A DNA stretch of 64,000 nucleotides from a virus, in IMG/VR virus record IMGVR_UViG_3300023174_003623, positions 90,778 through 154,777 of that record, one strand, 5' to 3'. Each line of letters opens with the position of its first letter. Position 1 is the first letter of the stretch. The notes beneath the pieces are model-generated. The model saw only the letters and a list, made by a program, of their open reading frames with translations. It searched no databases and had not been told where the DNA came from. Made by a program: the position numbers and the translations under genes. This document shows, in pieces, positions 51,993 to 62,804 of this stretch.

Positions 51993-52343
51993 ATGAGTGA
52001 ACTAACTTTTATTGAACATGATTTTATTGTTGGATTTAACAATATGCAGGCAAGCGTACACCAGACTGGTCGAGACAAGGGCTGGTGGGACACAAACCGT
52101 TCTGATGGTGAATGTATCGCTCTGATTCATTCTGAACTGTCAGAGGCTTTAGAGGCTTTACGTCATGATAATCCGTCTGACGATAAGATTCCAATGTTTA
52201 CTGGTGCAGAGGCTGAACTGGCTGATACCGTGATTCGCATCATGGACTTGGCACAGCAACGTGGATGGGATGTTGCGGGTGCGATTGTTGAGAAGGCCAA
52301 ATACAACAAGACTCGCCCTATTCGTCACGGTAAGAAGTTTTAA
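51993..52343 (+). CDS. MazG-like nucleotide pyrophosphatase
   Basis: LIHSELSEALEA, ELADTVIRIMD, KAKYNKTR. Confidence 0.85.
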   Translation: MSELTFIEHDFIVGFNNMQASVHQTGRDKGWWDTNRSDGECIALIHSELSEALEALRHDNPSDDKIPMFTGAEAELADTVIRIMDLAQQRGWDVAGAIVEKAKYNKTRPIRHGKKF

Positions 52344-52719
52344 CTATTGACAATCCTTGTATCATAGTTCATACTGCACTCATCAACACAGGAGACGCTA
52401 TATGATTTTTAACTACGCTGGTTATGTCTATGATACTTGGGTTGACTACGAAGAAGACAACCGCAAGATATTCCATGAAGTGCTTAAAGATGGTAACTTT
52501 GTCAAGAGTATCGACTTTACTCCCTATCGACGCATGACTTTGAAGGACTTCATCAATTATATTGACTTGGGGTTGCCTTCTCGAATCAACAAAGGCCCAT
52601 TGACAAGTGAAGATTTGCAGTATCTTAAAGACACTGCTACTTTTTGTGAAGGCCATTCTTTTACTTGACAATCCCTGTATCATAGTTCATAATGCCCATC
52701 ATCTTAAGGGAGAGCAGAA

Positions 52720-52866
52720 ATGAAAGCTGAAAAGATTGTGATTGCAGTTGCCCATCGTCCTATGCGTGCCGTCGAACTCTACGCTCACGGCACTCCTTTC
52801 CGCCACAAAACCCAACGCGACCGTACCAAGTATAACCGTAAACCCAAACACAAAGGAGACTTCTAA
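52720..52866 (+). CDS. 48-aa basic protein resembling ArfA core (not in ORF track)
   Basis: PFRHKTQRDRTKYNRKPKH; own promoter at 52665 and GGGAG RBS. Confidence 0.6.
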   Translation: MKAEKIVIAVAHRPMRAVELYAHGTPFRHKTQRDRTKYNRKPKHKGDF

Positions 52867-53947
52867 TGGGCTACTTTAGCCAGATTGTTGTTGAAGTTGA
52901 AGAAATGTATATGCAAGGTTTCTCTAAAACTCGTATTGCAGAAATTCTAAATCTGCCGTATGATACTGTGGAATCCTATCTGTCTAACTTTGAGGAAACT
53001 TCTGATGACTAAAGACTGGGATGCACCGACAGACTTATCGCCTTTAGGTCTTGCTGCTGTTTCTGTTTTTAAGACTGTTGCTAAAAAGAAGAAAACGACT
53101 TATAGTGGTTCAAAGGTATTCTATAGCCCAAAAGAATGGGCTGACCGTGGAGAATCTTTTGGTTTGAATTCTGAGCTTATCATTCAGTATGATGGCAGTC
53201 CAGATGTTCGTTTTCTTGCTGCGCTTAGTCATGATGTGGCTGGCGCTTTACTTATGCATGGATTGTATGTAGAATCTTGCACTGGTTGGTATTCTGCTGT
53301 CTATAAGATTTAACGGAGGCTCTATGATGCACTACCGCGAAGACTTTACGCCTGAAGAACTCAAACAGTTTAAGGCTGAACTCGATGCTTTGGATGCTGC
53401 ATATCAGGCTATGGCGAAGGCTGACCGTGAAGCTGAGTCTGAATGGTTAGCTAACGCTTCGCCTGATGATATCGAGGCTGCAATGGAAGAAGCCGAGTAT
53501 AACGACTTTCTTTACTCTTTACCGCGATAGGAGAACACAATGAACTTCGACCGAGTAACAGCAGAACTAGCATATGATTTACTTCAAAGAGGAGTATGGA
53601 CATCAGCCGAGTTCCGAGCATGGAATATCTTCAAGCTAAAAGAAGCAATAAACAAAACAGATTCAACCGTCCGTCACTTCATGTATGGAATAAGATACCA
53701 AGAAGGTGACTACTCACGCCTTACCCGTCTGGTGTTCTTCGACATGCGTGAGGCTCAAGACCGTATCGATAAATGGAATCATCTCTTAGTTAAAGAAGGT
53801 ATGTCTGGCCGACATGTATTAGAGACTCTGATTCTCGTGGATCCAGAGAATGATTGGAATTTTCTAAAAAAAATTTCTGTGTAAAGTGTTGACATTCTTT
53901 TATGTTTCTGTATAATGCCACTTCTTCTTTAAGAAAGGAAAAACACC

Positions 53948-54406
53948 ATGGGCCTTGATATGTACATGACTGCTCGCCGCCATTTGTCTACCTATGATAC
54001 GAACGAAACCTTGCAGACTGCTCGCACTGCATTGGCTGAAGTGATGCAGCAACTCGATGCGCCTGTCGATAGCGCAGTGAATGATGTTACAGTTGAAGTG
54101 GCATATTGGCGTAAGGCAAACGCTATTCATAACTGGATGGTGGCTAACGTCCAGAATGGCAACGATGACTGCCGTGAGTATTATTTCTCACCAGCAGCCA
54201 TGCAGGAGCTTCTTAACGTGTGTGAGGCTGTTCTGGAAAACATTGGAGAGGCTGGAGAACTGTTGCCTCCGACCAGTGGATTCTTTTTTGGTTCGACGGA
54301 TATTGACGAGTATTATTTGCGCGAAGTCAAGTATACTCGTGACCGCTTGACTGAATGTCTGAAGTGTGGTACTGAATGGAGTTTTTATTATTCTTCATCT
54401 TGGTGA
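53948..54406 (+). CDS. Conserved phage hypothetical protein
   Basis: MGLDMY, YWRKANAIHNW, GFFFGST, YYSSSW. Confidence 0.8.
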   Translation: MGLDMYMTARRHLSTYDTNETLQTARTALAEVMQQLDAPVDSAVNDVTVEVAYWRKANAIHNWMVANVQNGNDDCREYYFSPAAMQELLNVCEAVLENIGEAGELLPPTSGFFFGSTDIDEYYLREVKYTRDRLTECLKCGTEWSFYYSSSW

Positions 54407-55451
54407 TAAAAAGTAGTTGACACCCAGTACCAGCCCTATATAATGCACTCATCGAAACGAACTGGAGAGAACATCATGAAGGCTGACTACTCTGTCGTTG
54501 AAGCTCGCCGCTGGATTCACACTGATGGTCGCACTGCTTCCTTTCACGGTGCGGTGCCTTACTTTGGTGTGAACGATGGCTGGACTGTTGCAATCGTAGG
54601 CTACACTGTGTACAATGCGAAGTCTAACACCTACGGTTGCGGTCGTCCTCCCTTCAAGACCGTTTCTGAGGCTCAGGCGTGGATTGAATCTTTGGCTGCT
54701 TAAGGAGTATACTATGAATGGTTTTGAACTTGTGAACTCTATAGACGAGGTGATGGTTTCTTTAAACAAACCCTACCATGAACGAACTGGGTTTCTTATG
54801 GGGCTGATGGGGATTATGATGAATGAGATGAAACACCACAACCCTGAAGCCTATGCTATGGCTGAGAAGTATATCGAACAGGCTGTGGCTGGTTTAATTA
54901 TTCGCGAACAGGGGAAACTGAATGATGCCGTCACCGCCGCCTAAAATCTTTGGTATGGAAGCAGATACTCTTGCTATTGTGTTTGCTTTTGCTGCAAATG
55001 TTTTGTTGATTGTTCCCACATTCTTTCCGTTGTACACACTTTAAGAGGCTGTTATGAACGATATCGAACCTACCATGACTGAAAACAACAATCCGATTAG
55101 TGATGACTTGACAGAAGCTGAATTGCAGATGCTTCGCGGCCTAAATGCAAGAGGTTATGCTGTTGCTGTATTTACTGCTATTGAAGTTGGTGATGCTGAC
55201 TATCTGGACGTTGAAGATGCTATGATTGAAGCGGGCTGGAACGTCATTTTTAACGAAGAAAGGACTCGCGAATAATGAATACCTATCTGGCTTACTACAA
55301 TCGAAAGACCGTGACTATTCACGCAGAAACTTCATACGAAGCACAGAAGAAAGCCGCCTTTTACTTCAAAGCGAAGAAGGCTTATAAGGTTGCTGTGATA
55401 CTAGTAATGGATTTAAATGGTGAAGTAGTACACGATACTGCTTCGCTATAA

Positions 55452-55701
55452 CCGAACGTGTCGATTAGCCATCGACTAGTGTGCGCCCGCACGATGAGAA
55501 GCCGTGTCGCAGCGGCTGGGCCTTACTCTTAGGTAGCGAAGAGCGGTGGCACCCGATAGTGTTCTGTGGCCGAGAAGAGGATGGTAGGATTGAGTGATGG
55601 TAGTTAGCTGATGGTATCGAAGGGCAGGCCAGCCAGACCCCGGAACCAGATGATGCGAAACTACTTGACAATCTATAGAACCTCCGCACAGAACAAGCAC
55701 T
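55452..55701 (+). ncRNA. Candidate ~250-nt structured RNA
   Basis: GC-rich interval with no convincing ORF; several hairpins plus a long nested helix. Confidence 0.55.
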
Positions 55702-56530
55702 TTCTTTTCAAAATAATTGTTGACACCCAGTACCACTCCCGTATAATGCACTCATCAAAACGAACTGAGGCAATCATATGAAAAAGTTTCTTCTCGACGG
55801 TAAAGAAGTCAATAGGAACGATTATTACAAGGTTGTGGTTGGTAGCAATTCTTCCCCCGCTACGTTTGAATTCCCCTGCCGAGGCTATTCTTTGGAGTCT
55901 GAAATGAAATTCCAGAGCAGCCTGAAACACTTTTCTTTTTTTGTTGAAAAGATTGACGAGAACGAGTACAATACACTTCGTAACGGTGCTGCTAACTAAG
56001 AGGACTTCACGATGATGAACGAATTCGGCTGCTATGACCCCTACTATGACCTGACCGACTCTGAATTGAAAGAACTGAATGAATGGTTCGATTCGGTTGA
56101 CACTCCCCCCGAATTGTGCCAGACTATCGTTGTTGACTTTGTTGACTTTGACCCCAACGAAGACCTTCCGTTTTAAGGAGAATCAAATGGACTACTATCC
56201 TGACCCTGACTCTGCTTACGAAGACCAGTTTCATTCTGAAGACGCCGAATACTACGATACTGAAGAAGTGTACGGTGATGAATACGATGATGAAGACTAT
56301 CGCTTTTTCGGGGAGTTTGAATAATGCAAAAGAATTACGAGTCCTACATCAGCACCAGTCAAGGCATGTGGCGGGTTATACATCAGGGACTGCCAATGTG
56401 TAAAGACTTTCCTGACCGTTCTTCGCCTGATAAAGAAGCGAAACGACTCAGGCTAGACTTGTCGCATGGCTTTCGTTGGGATGGTGATATTGGTGACTGG
56501 GTAGTTGACAGCCCAGTCTGATTATGCTAA

Positions 56531-56604
56531 AGCTGGATGGCAGAGTGGTTATGCGCGGGCCTGCAAAGCCTTATATGTCGGTTCGATTCCGATTCCAGCT
56601 TCCA
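56531..56604 (+). tRNA. tRNA-Cys(GCA)
   Basis: AGCTGGA/TCCAGCT acceptor, CT-GCA-AA loop, GGTTCGATTCC, encoded CCA. Confidence 0.92.
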
Positions 56605-57343
56605 ATCAAAAAGTAGTTGACACTCAGCACCAGACCCGTATAATGCACTCATCGAAACGAACTGGAGAGAACATCATGGGCACCTATGTTTACACTCGCC
56701 GCGCTGAGACCAAGACCATTGCTGGCGTCACCATTGGCCGCTTTGCCTTTGCCTACAAGTACAGCCGATTCGATGGTTGGTATCCGGGCGGCAAGAATCG
56801 CACTGTCCGTATCATGGAGTCTTTTGCTGCTAAGGCCGCTGAAAAGACTCCCAATGTCGAGTTCTTTGTTATTGGTGACTTCGAGCGTGCTGCCGCTTGC
56901 AATTCTCTGGTTTATCAGATGCCTAAAGACGTTGAGTATTTTGTCGAAGAACCGACTGGCGCGGAGGTTGTCGGTACTCTTCGCAAGGTTGGTCGTAAGT
57001 TTGTCCTGTCAACTCTAATTTAAGGAGAAAGTTATGCGAACTGGCTACAATGCTTTTAATTCTACCTACGTTTTTCACTCTATGGCTGCTGGTCATGTGA
57101 TGAACTGCTACGATGATGATGGTTCTTATTATCGTAGCGAACCCAGCAACGCCGAGGAAATTTACAACTCGAACTGGGACAATTCAATGACTTCGTTCTC
57201 GCCCACTTGCCACTATCGCTTTTCTGATGGAAGTGTGGTAGAAGTCGGCTATTCGGGTGCATGGGAAATTCCTGATTAAAGTAGTTGACACTCAGTACCA
57301 GTCCCGTATAATGCACTCATCGAAACGAAGTGAGGAACTGCTA

Positions 57344-57859
57344 ATGACTCTGCTCGATACCCGCAAAGCTGAAGTGGTCGCGAAACTTGACGTATTGGTA
57401 AAGCAGGCGCAGGCTCTCTGGCCCAAGGCTCAGGGGCTGACCTACACGGTTCGCTTCGACCTTCGCGGTGCTGCTGCTGGTACTGCTCGTGTTCGCGACG
57501 GCATCTACACTCTGCGCTTTAACGTCGATATGATGCAGAACGAGGCTTGGCAGCACCTCATCAACGACACCGTGCCGCATGAACTGGCCCACATTATGGG
57601 TTACCATCTGGGCTACGGCATGAATCACGGCAAGGCATGGCGGTCTATCTGCATTCGCCTTGGCGGCACTGGCAAACGCTGCCATAATGAGTCTGTGACC
57701 TACGCTAAGGGCGCTACGTTCGAGTACACGACTTCGACCGGTCGTAAGGTGATTCTCAGCCAGATTCGCCACAATCGCGTCCAGATTGGCGAGAGCGTCT
57801 ACCGCTGGCGTGACGGGTCTAAAATCGACCGTGCCTGCTCTTTCAAAAAGGTTGCTTAA
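57344..57859 (+). CDS. SprT-like zinc metalloprotease
   Basis: TVPHELAH, HGKAW, RCH. Confidence 0.88.
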   Translation: MTLLDTRKAEVVAKLDVLVKQAQALWPKAQGLTYTVRFDLRGAAAGTARVRDGIYTLRFNVDMMQNEAWQHLINDTVPHELAHIMGYHLGYGMNHGKAWRSICIRLGGTGKRCHNESVTYAKGATFEYTTSTGRKVILSQIRHNRVQIGESVYRWRDGSKIDRACSFKKVA

Positions 57860-57931
57860 ACCGCTTGACGACCATCCGGGGAGTGTGAGACAATACTCCC
57901 CGTTGACCCCTTACCACTCTGGAGGCTTTTC

Positions 57932-60900
57932 ATGAAAACTCTTCGCGATATCAACAAAGCTCTGAAACCGCATAACGTCAGGCTTAACAAGGGTAGTTGC
58001 TACATGTACATGACTTACGATACCAATGTGTCGTTTGAATCCAAAAGCTTCTATGGCAGTCATTTCGCCAGCCTTTCGCCTGAGCGTTGGGTGGAAGAGG
58101 GGATTGACTTTGCTGATAGGTGTTTCCTTAAAGTTAGGGAGAATGACTAATGAACGCATTTGCTGAAGAACTCTATCAACAGGAACTGATTGACAGACGC
58201 TGCGAAGTGCTTGAGAATAGGCTTCGAGACCTGAAGAAGTCGATACAGTCTCTGCCGCCTAATGGAATGGAAATTCTGATTGAAATGAAGCAGTTACATA
58301 ACGAACTGCTAGAACTCTATAGTCGAGTCTAAAGGAGAACAATATGCGTAAAAGCAAAATGACCAAGCTTATCATCAAAGCCGGAGAACTGGCTAGCAAG
58401 TATAACGACGCTGAACTCGACCGCATTCTTGAAGATGCTCTACTTCACTTCTCTGAACTTGATGCCCTTGTTTATGGTATTGAGCTTGAACTTGAGAAGT
58501 ATACCGAAAGTGAAGACGCCGATTGTGGGTATGAGTGCTCGATTTAGAAAGGAGAACGATATGCTGAATATCAATCACACTGTTCGCGCTTACACTGGTA
58601 AAAGGGGATGCATGTGCGGCTGCCTTGGTCAGTACAAGGATAGTGAGCGCGTTCGTAAGCTTGCAATCACTCAGCTTCTCAAAGACCCTGACGTTGAGTT
58701 TGATACTTGGGCCGAGGAAGGTTGCCTTTCGGTGACCACTGCAACTCGTACCCGTGTCCTTTACCTGAACAGTGAAGGGGTTGACATCGTGCGTAAGATG
58801 GGTATTCGAGAGAATCAAGTCTACGGATAAAGTAGTTGACGACCATCCGGGGAGTAGGTTACACTGCTCCCCGTTGACCCCTTACCACTCTGGAGGCTTT
58901 CATGTTTATTGCCATTTGCCTTCTCGCCGCTTTTGCCGTTGCCTGTGGCGTGTATATCATGGTCGAACTGGAAAAACAATATAAAATCGAGCGGGAAAAC
59001 ATTCACGGTGATGATTGTTAAACCGCTTGACGCACTGCTCGAACTAGGCTACACTGCTCCCCGTTGTCCGATTCATCATCTGGAGGCTCTCATGGCTAAA
59101 GTTTACGTCACCACTCAGAACTACGAGAACTACGCTTGGAACGAAGACGGTTCGCTCGGCACTGGCGTCGATGCGTACTGGAAGGCGAAGGGCGGCTCGG
59201 ACTACTTTATCACCATTCCCGTTGGCACTCGCTGGGAGAACATGGGCGACGTTGCCAAGGCTCTCGTGGAGGCTCACCGTCAGGATATTGAGTGCGATAA
59301 CGATGCCTTTCGGTCGAACATTATCGGCTGGGAAATTGTTGACGACCACTACTTGACAGACTACGAACAGTCACAACTGCGCTACGAAGGCTACATTCAG
59401 TTCTCTACCACAGTGCTTGCTTAAACTGCTTGACGACCATCCGGGGAGTAGGTTACACTGCTCCCCGTTGACCCACTCACCACTCTGGAGGCTTTTCATG
59501 AAGTACCGCGCAATCGTTAATGGCGTTTCGTTCTACACCACTACCCGTGCGATTCAGAACGGGGTTGGCGACTTCACTAAAATCAACGACGCCCTTCGCA
59601 TGGCAATGGTCGAGTTGGATAAGCTTGCTAAAGACGGCGCGATTGGTTTCGCTGGCACTTGGAACGGTTGCCAGATTCAGCTTACCAAAATTCCAAAGGC
59701 TGCATAAACCGCTTGACGACCATCCGGGGAGTAGGTTACACTGCTCCCCGTTGACCCACTCACCACTCTGGAGGTTCTGCATGGAAATCGACTTCAACCG
59801 TAAGTCCCTTGACACCTTGCTGCAAGTGTTCACCGCTGGCCCTTTTGGCCCTTGCCTTGCCTTTCGCTCCTACTACCAGATTCCTGTAAACGAAGCCATT
59901 GTTACTGAAGACGTTGAGAACTTCGCCATGGCTTTCATGACTGCCGCTAATCGCGTCTATCCGGAGACTTTTTAACGATGAAACTACGCTCTGATTTTAA
60001 GACCGAAAAAGCGTATCTGAAGTACCTTGACGCCCAGCTAAAGTATTGGGCAGACACTCAAAAAGAGCACGACGAGGCTCAGGCTGACCTCGCTCGTCGC
60101 CGTGAACTTGACAATCACTATCAGGCTGTCGAACGCCGAAACGATGAATGGTTTCGCTGGTATATGAAAAACGTCAACGGAAAGTAGTTGACAACCCGCA
60201 CCAGTGCTGCGATACTGCACTCCGTTGACCCACTACCACTCTGGAGGCTCTCATGGAACTGTTCAGCAAAGTCAAAGGCTATGCGACCCGTGATGGTGCG
60301 ATTAAGAAGCTGGCAAAGGAACTGCCAGACTACCACAATTACCGCTGGATGATTGTCTCGCTGCCGTCTGGCCGCTTCTCGCCTGCGGTCAGAACTGTCG
60401 GCACTGATATCTGCGGCGCTCTGGCTCATCGGGACGTTGGCGAATTCTAAACCGCTTGCAAGCTTGCCGGGAGTAGGTTACACTGCTCCCCGTTGACCCA
60501 CTACCACTCTGGAGGCTCTGCATGAAAAAGTCCAAACCCGTCTTCGAAGTCACCATGCGTTCGCCCAAGGCTGGCGAGTACTTCAACTCCCGCCTGACCC
60601 GTCGCGACGTTTCCAGCCGCCTGTACTCTGCTGCCGACGTTCGCCTTGTTCAGAACCTTATCGACTCGCTCGACAAGGGCACGACCGTCGCTAGCATCAC
60701 GGTTGCCGACGACACCTACTCCGTTCGCTTGGTCGCCTAACCTACTGAATTTCGGAGGATTTAGCATGAACTTCGCCCAGCACCCCGTGACCCGCCTGTT
60801 CTGGAATGGTAAGACTTTCGCGGCGACTTTCGCGACTGCCACTCCCCTGACCCGTGACGCTGCCCGCTTCCTTGCGTGGCTGCACAATGCCCTGACCATC

Positions 60901-61131
60901 ACCGTCACGATTGACGGCTAAACGGAGGCCTATACGATGAACGACACCCAACTGTCTACTGCTCTGCTGACCCGCCGCCTCGACAACCTGAAGGCTGAGG
61001 CGGCAATGTACCCAGCCCTGAAGTTCTGGGCTTCTATCGGGCGGCTGCAAATCGATGCAGTGTACGTCCAGCTTGATGAATTGCACGGCGAAACTACTGC
61101 CGAGGCTCTGGCCGCCCGCGCAGGCTATTAA
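57932..61131 (+). other. Cassette ORFs of unknown function (57932-58150, 58150-58332, 58344-58547, 58561-58830, 58902-59021, 59092-59424, 59498-59707, 59781-59975, 59978-60187, 60253-60450, 60522-60740, 60766-60921, 60937-61131)
   Basis: Starts defined by the GGAG(G) RBS within or after each repeat. Confidence 0.75.
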
Positions 61132-61200
61132 CCGCTTGCAAGGTTCGCGGGAGTGTGAGACAATACTCCCCGTTGACCCCTTACCACTCTGGAGTACGCC

Positions 61201-62118
61201 ATGACCAACCGCACCGATGCTCACCGCCCGTCTGCCCTCGTCGCGACCGACTACGAATTCGTGGAGTTCTGCTCGGCCCGCGAATTCGAGGTCTACGACC
61301 TCGCCCCCCGTGGAGAGGCTGGCGGCTACTTTAAGCACCAGAAGATGACCGGCGGCACTTGGTACGCTGGCGGCGAGCAGTTCTGCCGCTGCGATATCTG
61401 TGGCACGACCCGCGCTCTGGACTTCGCCATTTTTTGGCATAAGCCCAGCAACGTGTACGTTCGCACGGGCGGCGACTGCGCGACTCGAGTGTGCGACTTG
61501 CTCGAAGTCGAAGGCTTTCAGGCTTTCCGCGACGCCGCCCGTGCCAAGTCGGTGCGCCTTGCTGGCGAAGCCGTCGCCGAGGCTGCTCTGGCTGCGAAAG
61601 GCATCGACCTCGACTTCGCTGCACTGCGTCAGGCCTCCCGCGAGCTTCACGGCATCAAGACCGGCGGCACTCCCCGCGAGCAGTGGACTGTCTCTACCGC
61701 TCTGGATATCGCTGGCAAGTTCGCCAAGTACGGCAACATGTCCGAAAAGCAGGAAAAGTTTCTCGTGAGCCTGCTGGACTCCGTTGCCCGTCGCGACGAA
61801 GTCCGCGCCCTGTGGGCTGCTCGTCACGCTGAGCGCGTCGCGACTAGCATGCACCTCGGCACGGTTGGTGACCGCATCGAACTCACCGTGACCGTCAAGT
61901 TCGCCAATTCCTACGAGTCCAATTTCGGCCAGTTCTGGATTGTCGGACTCGAAGACGCCTCTGCCAACACCGTGATTTACAAGGGGAATTCGCCCTTCAG
62001 CACGACCAAGGGCGAGGTCGTCAAACTCAAGGCGACGGTGAAAGAACACGGCGAACGCAATGGCGTCAAGCAGACCGTGATTGCCCGTCCGAAAGTGCTG
62101 GAAGTCGCCGCCGCTTAA
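61201..62118 (+). CDS. Protein with N-terminal Cys motifs and probable C-terminal OB-fold
   Basis: CRCDICG...GGDC; GTVGDRIELTVTV...LKATVKEH...QTVIARPK. Confidence 0.65.
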   Translation: MTNRTDAHRPSALVATDYEFVEFCSAREFEVYDLAPRGEAGGYFKHQKMTGGTWYAGGEQFCRCDICGTTRALDFAIFWHKPSNVYVRTGGDCATRVCDLLEVEGFQAFRDAARAKSVRLAGEAVAEAALAAKGIDLDFAALRQASRELHGIKTGGTPREQWTVSTALDIAGKFAKYGNMSEKQEKFLVSLLDSVARRDEVRALWAARHAERVATSMHLGTVGDRIELTVTVKFANSYESNFGQFWIVGLEDASANTVIYKGNSPFSTTKGEVVKLKATVKEHGERNGVKQTVIARPKVLEVAAA

Positions 62119-62191
62119 ACCGTTTGCAAGGTTCAAAATAGGGGAGTAAACTGCTCCCCGTTGACCCCTTAACACTCTGGAGTACGCGCAA

Positions 62192-62707
62192 ATGACGACC
62201 ACCACCTTCGACCTCGCCGTTGCCATTGAAAACATGAACACCGCTATCGACTCTGCCGCCCGCTGCGCCCGTGAAGCCCTTGAATCGACTCTGGCTTTCA
62301 GCGACCGCACTTTTAGCACCGCAGTCCGCGCCGAACAGCTCATCTCGATAACCGCTAACTTGCGCGGTGCTGCTGAACAGGCCGAAACCAATCCCGTAAA
62401 GGCTGCTGAACTCGCCTTTCTTAGCACCGCTCGCGCCACTGATATCGCCGACTTGGTTGAAGGTATTGTCGGCGTTGAAGGTGACGTAGTGGACACCGCG
62501 CAGAATTGCTTTGAAGTCGCCACTGCCGCTCAGGGGATTGCCTACGCTGCCCAAAAAGTATGGGAAGTTGCTGATGCTGTCGCCGCTGAAGGTGAGTCCG
62601 ACGCCGACTTCTCGAAGGTTGTTGCATATCGACGCGACTTTGCAACTTGCCTGCGCCGCGCCTCAACTGCTCGCCACAACCTTTATCTGATATCCCGCGA
62701 CCTCTAA
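62192..62707 (+). CDS. Ala-rich helical hypothetical protein
   Basis: Last cassette ORF, followed by a terminator. Confidence 0.7.
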   Translation: MTTTTFDLAVAIENMNTAIDSAARCAREALESTLAFSDRTFSTAVRAEQLISITANLRGAAEQAETNPVKAAELAFLSTARATDIADLVEGIVGVEGDVVDTAQNCFEVATAAQGIAYAAQKVWEVADAVAAEGESDADFSKVVAYRRDFATCLRRASTARHNLYLISRDL

Positions 62708-62726
62708 TTCCCCCCACTCCCCTCAC

Positions 62727-62757
62727 AAGCCTGCCCTAACCCGGCAGGCTTTTTTTT
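62727..62757 (+). terminator. Intrinsic terminator closing the cassette array
   Basis: AAGCCTGCC/GGCAGGCTT stem plus T8. Confidence 0.9.
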
Positions 62758-62804
62758 GTCTGTCTTTTCAATGCCTTACACCAATAACCCTGCATTTCGG
62801 CACC

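Larger units (their letters stand above)
49146..57346 (+). repeat. Family A promoter-leader repeats (copies at 49146, 51440, 54417, 55720, 56617, 57285; looser copies at 52347, 52665, 53889)
   Basis: TTGACA-N16-TATAAT-GCACTCATCGAAACGAA-RBS-ATG. Confidence 0.88.
57857..62194 (+). repeat. Family B hairpin-promoter repeats, nine ~70-78-bp copies starting 57857, 58828, 59019, 59422, 59705, 60185, 60448, 61129, 62116
   Basis: stop-ACCGC-TTGACG/TTGCAA...GGGAGT-loop-(G/A)CTCCCCG-TTGACCC...ACCACTCTGGAG...ATG. Confidence 0.92.

Noticed and set aside
55481-55520. GTGCG and AGCCG...CGGCT as group II intron 5' end and domain V
   Set aside because: Hairpin too short, the two motifs are adjacent, and there is no RT gene or interrupted host gene.
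54443-59780. Long N-terminal extensions in the ORF track (MHSSKR..., LDDHPGSRLHCSPL...)
   Set aside because: They are translations of the promoter repeats; true starts follow the RBS at the end of each repeat.
57857-62194. Family B repeats as a CRISPR array
   Set aside because: Intervals are 120-900 bp and are ORFs; repeats contain -35/-10/RBS; no cas genes.
57857-62194. Family B repeats as canonical integron attC sites
   Set aside because: No RYYYAAC/GTTRRRY boxes and no integrase in the window; only the organisation is analogous.
60742-62523. 593-aa minus-strand ORF
   Set aside because: Shadow of GC-rich + strand genes; it runs through two promoter repeats and has no recognisable motif.
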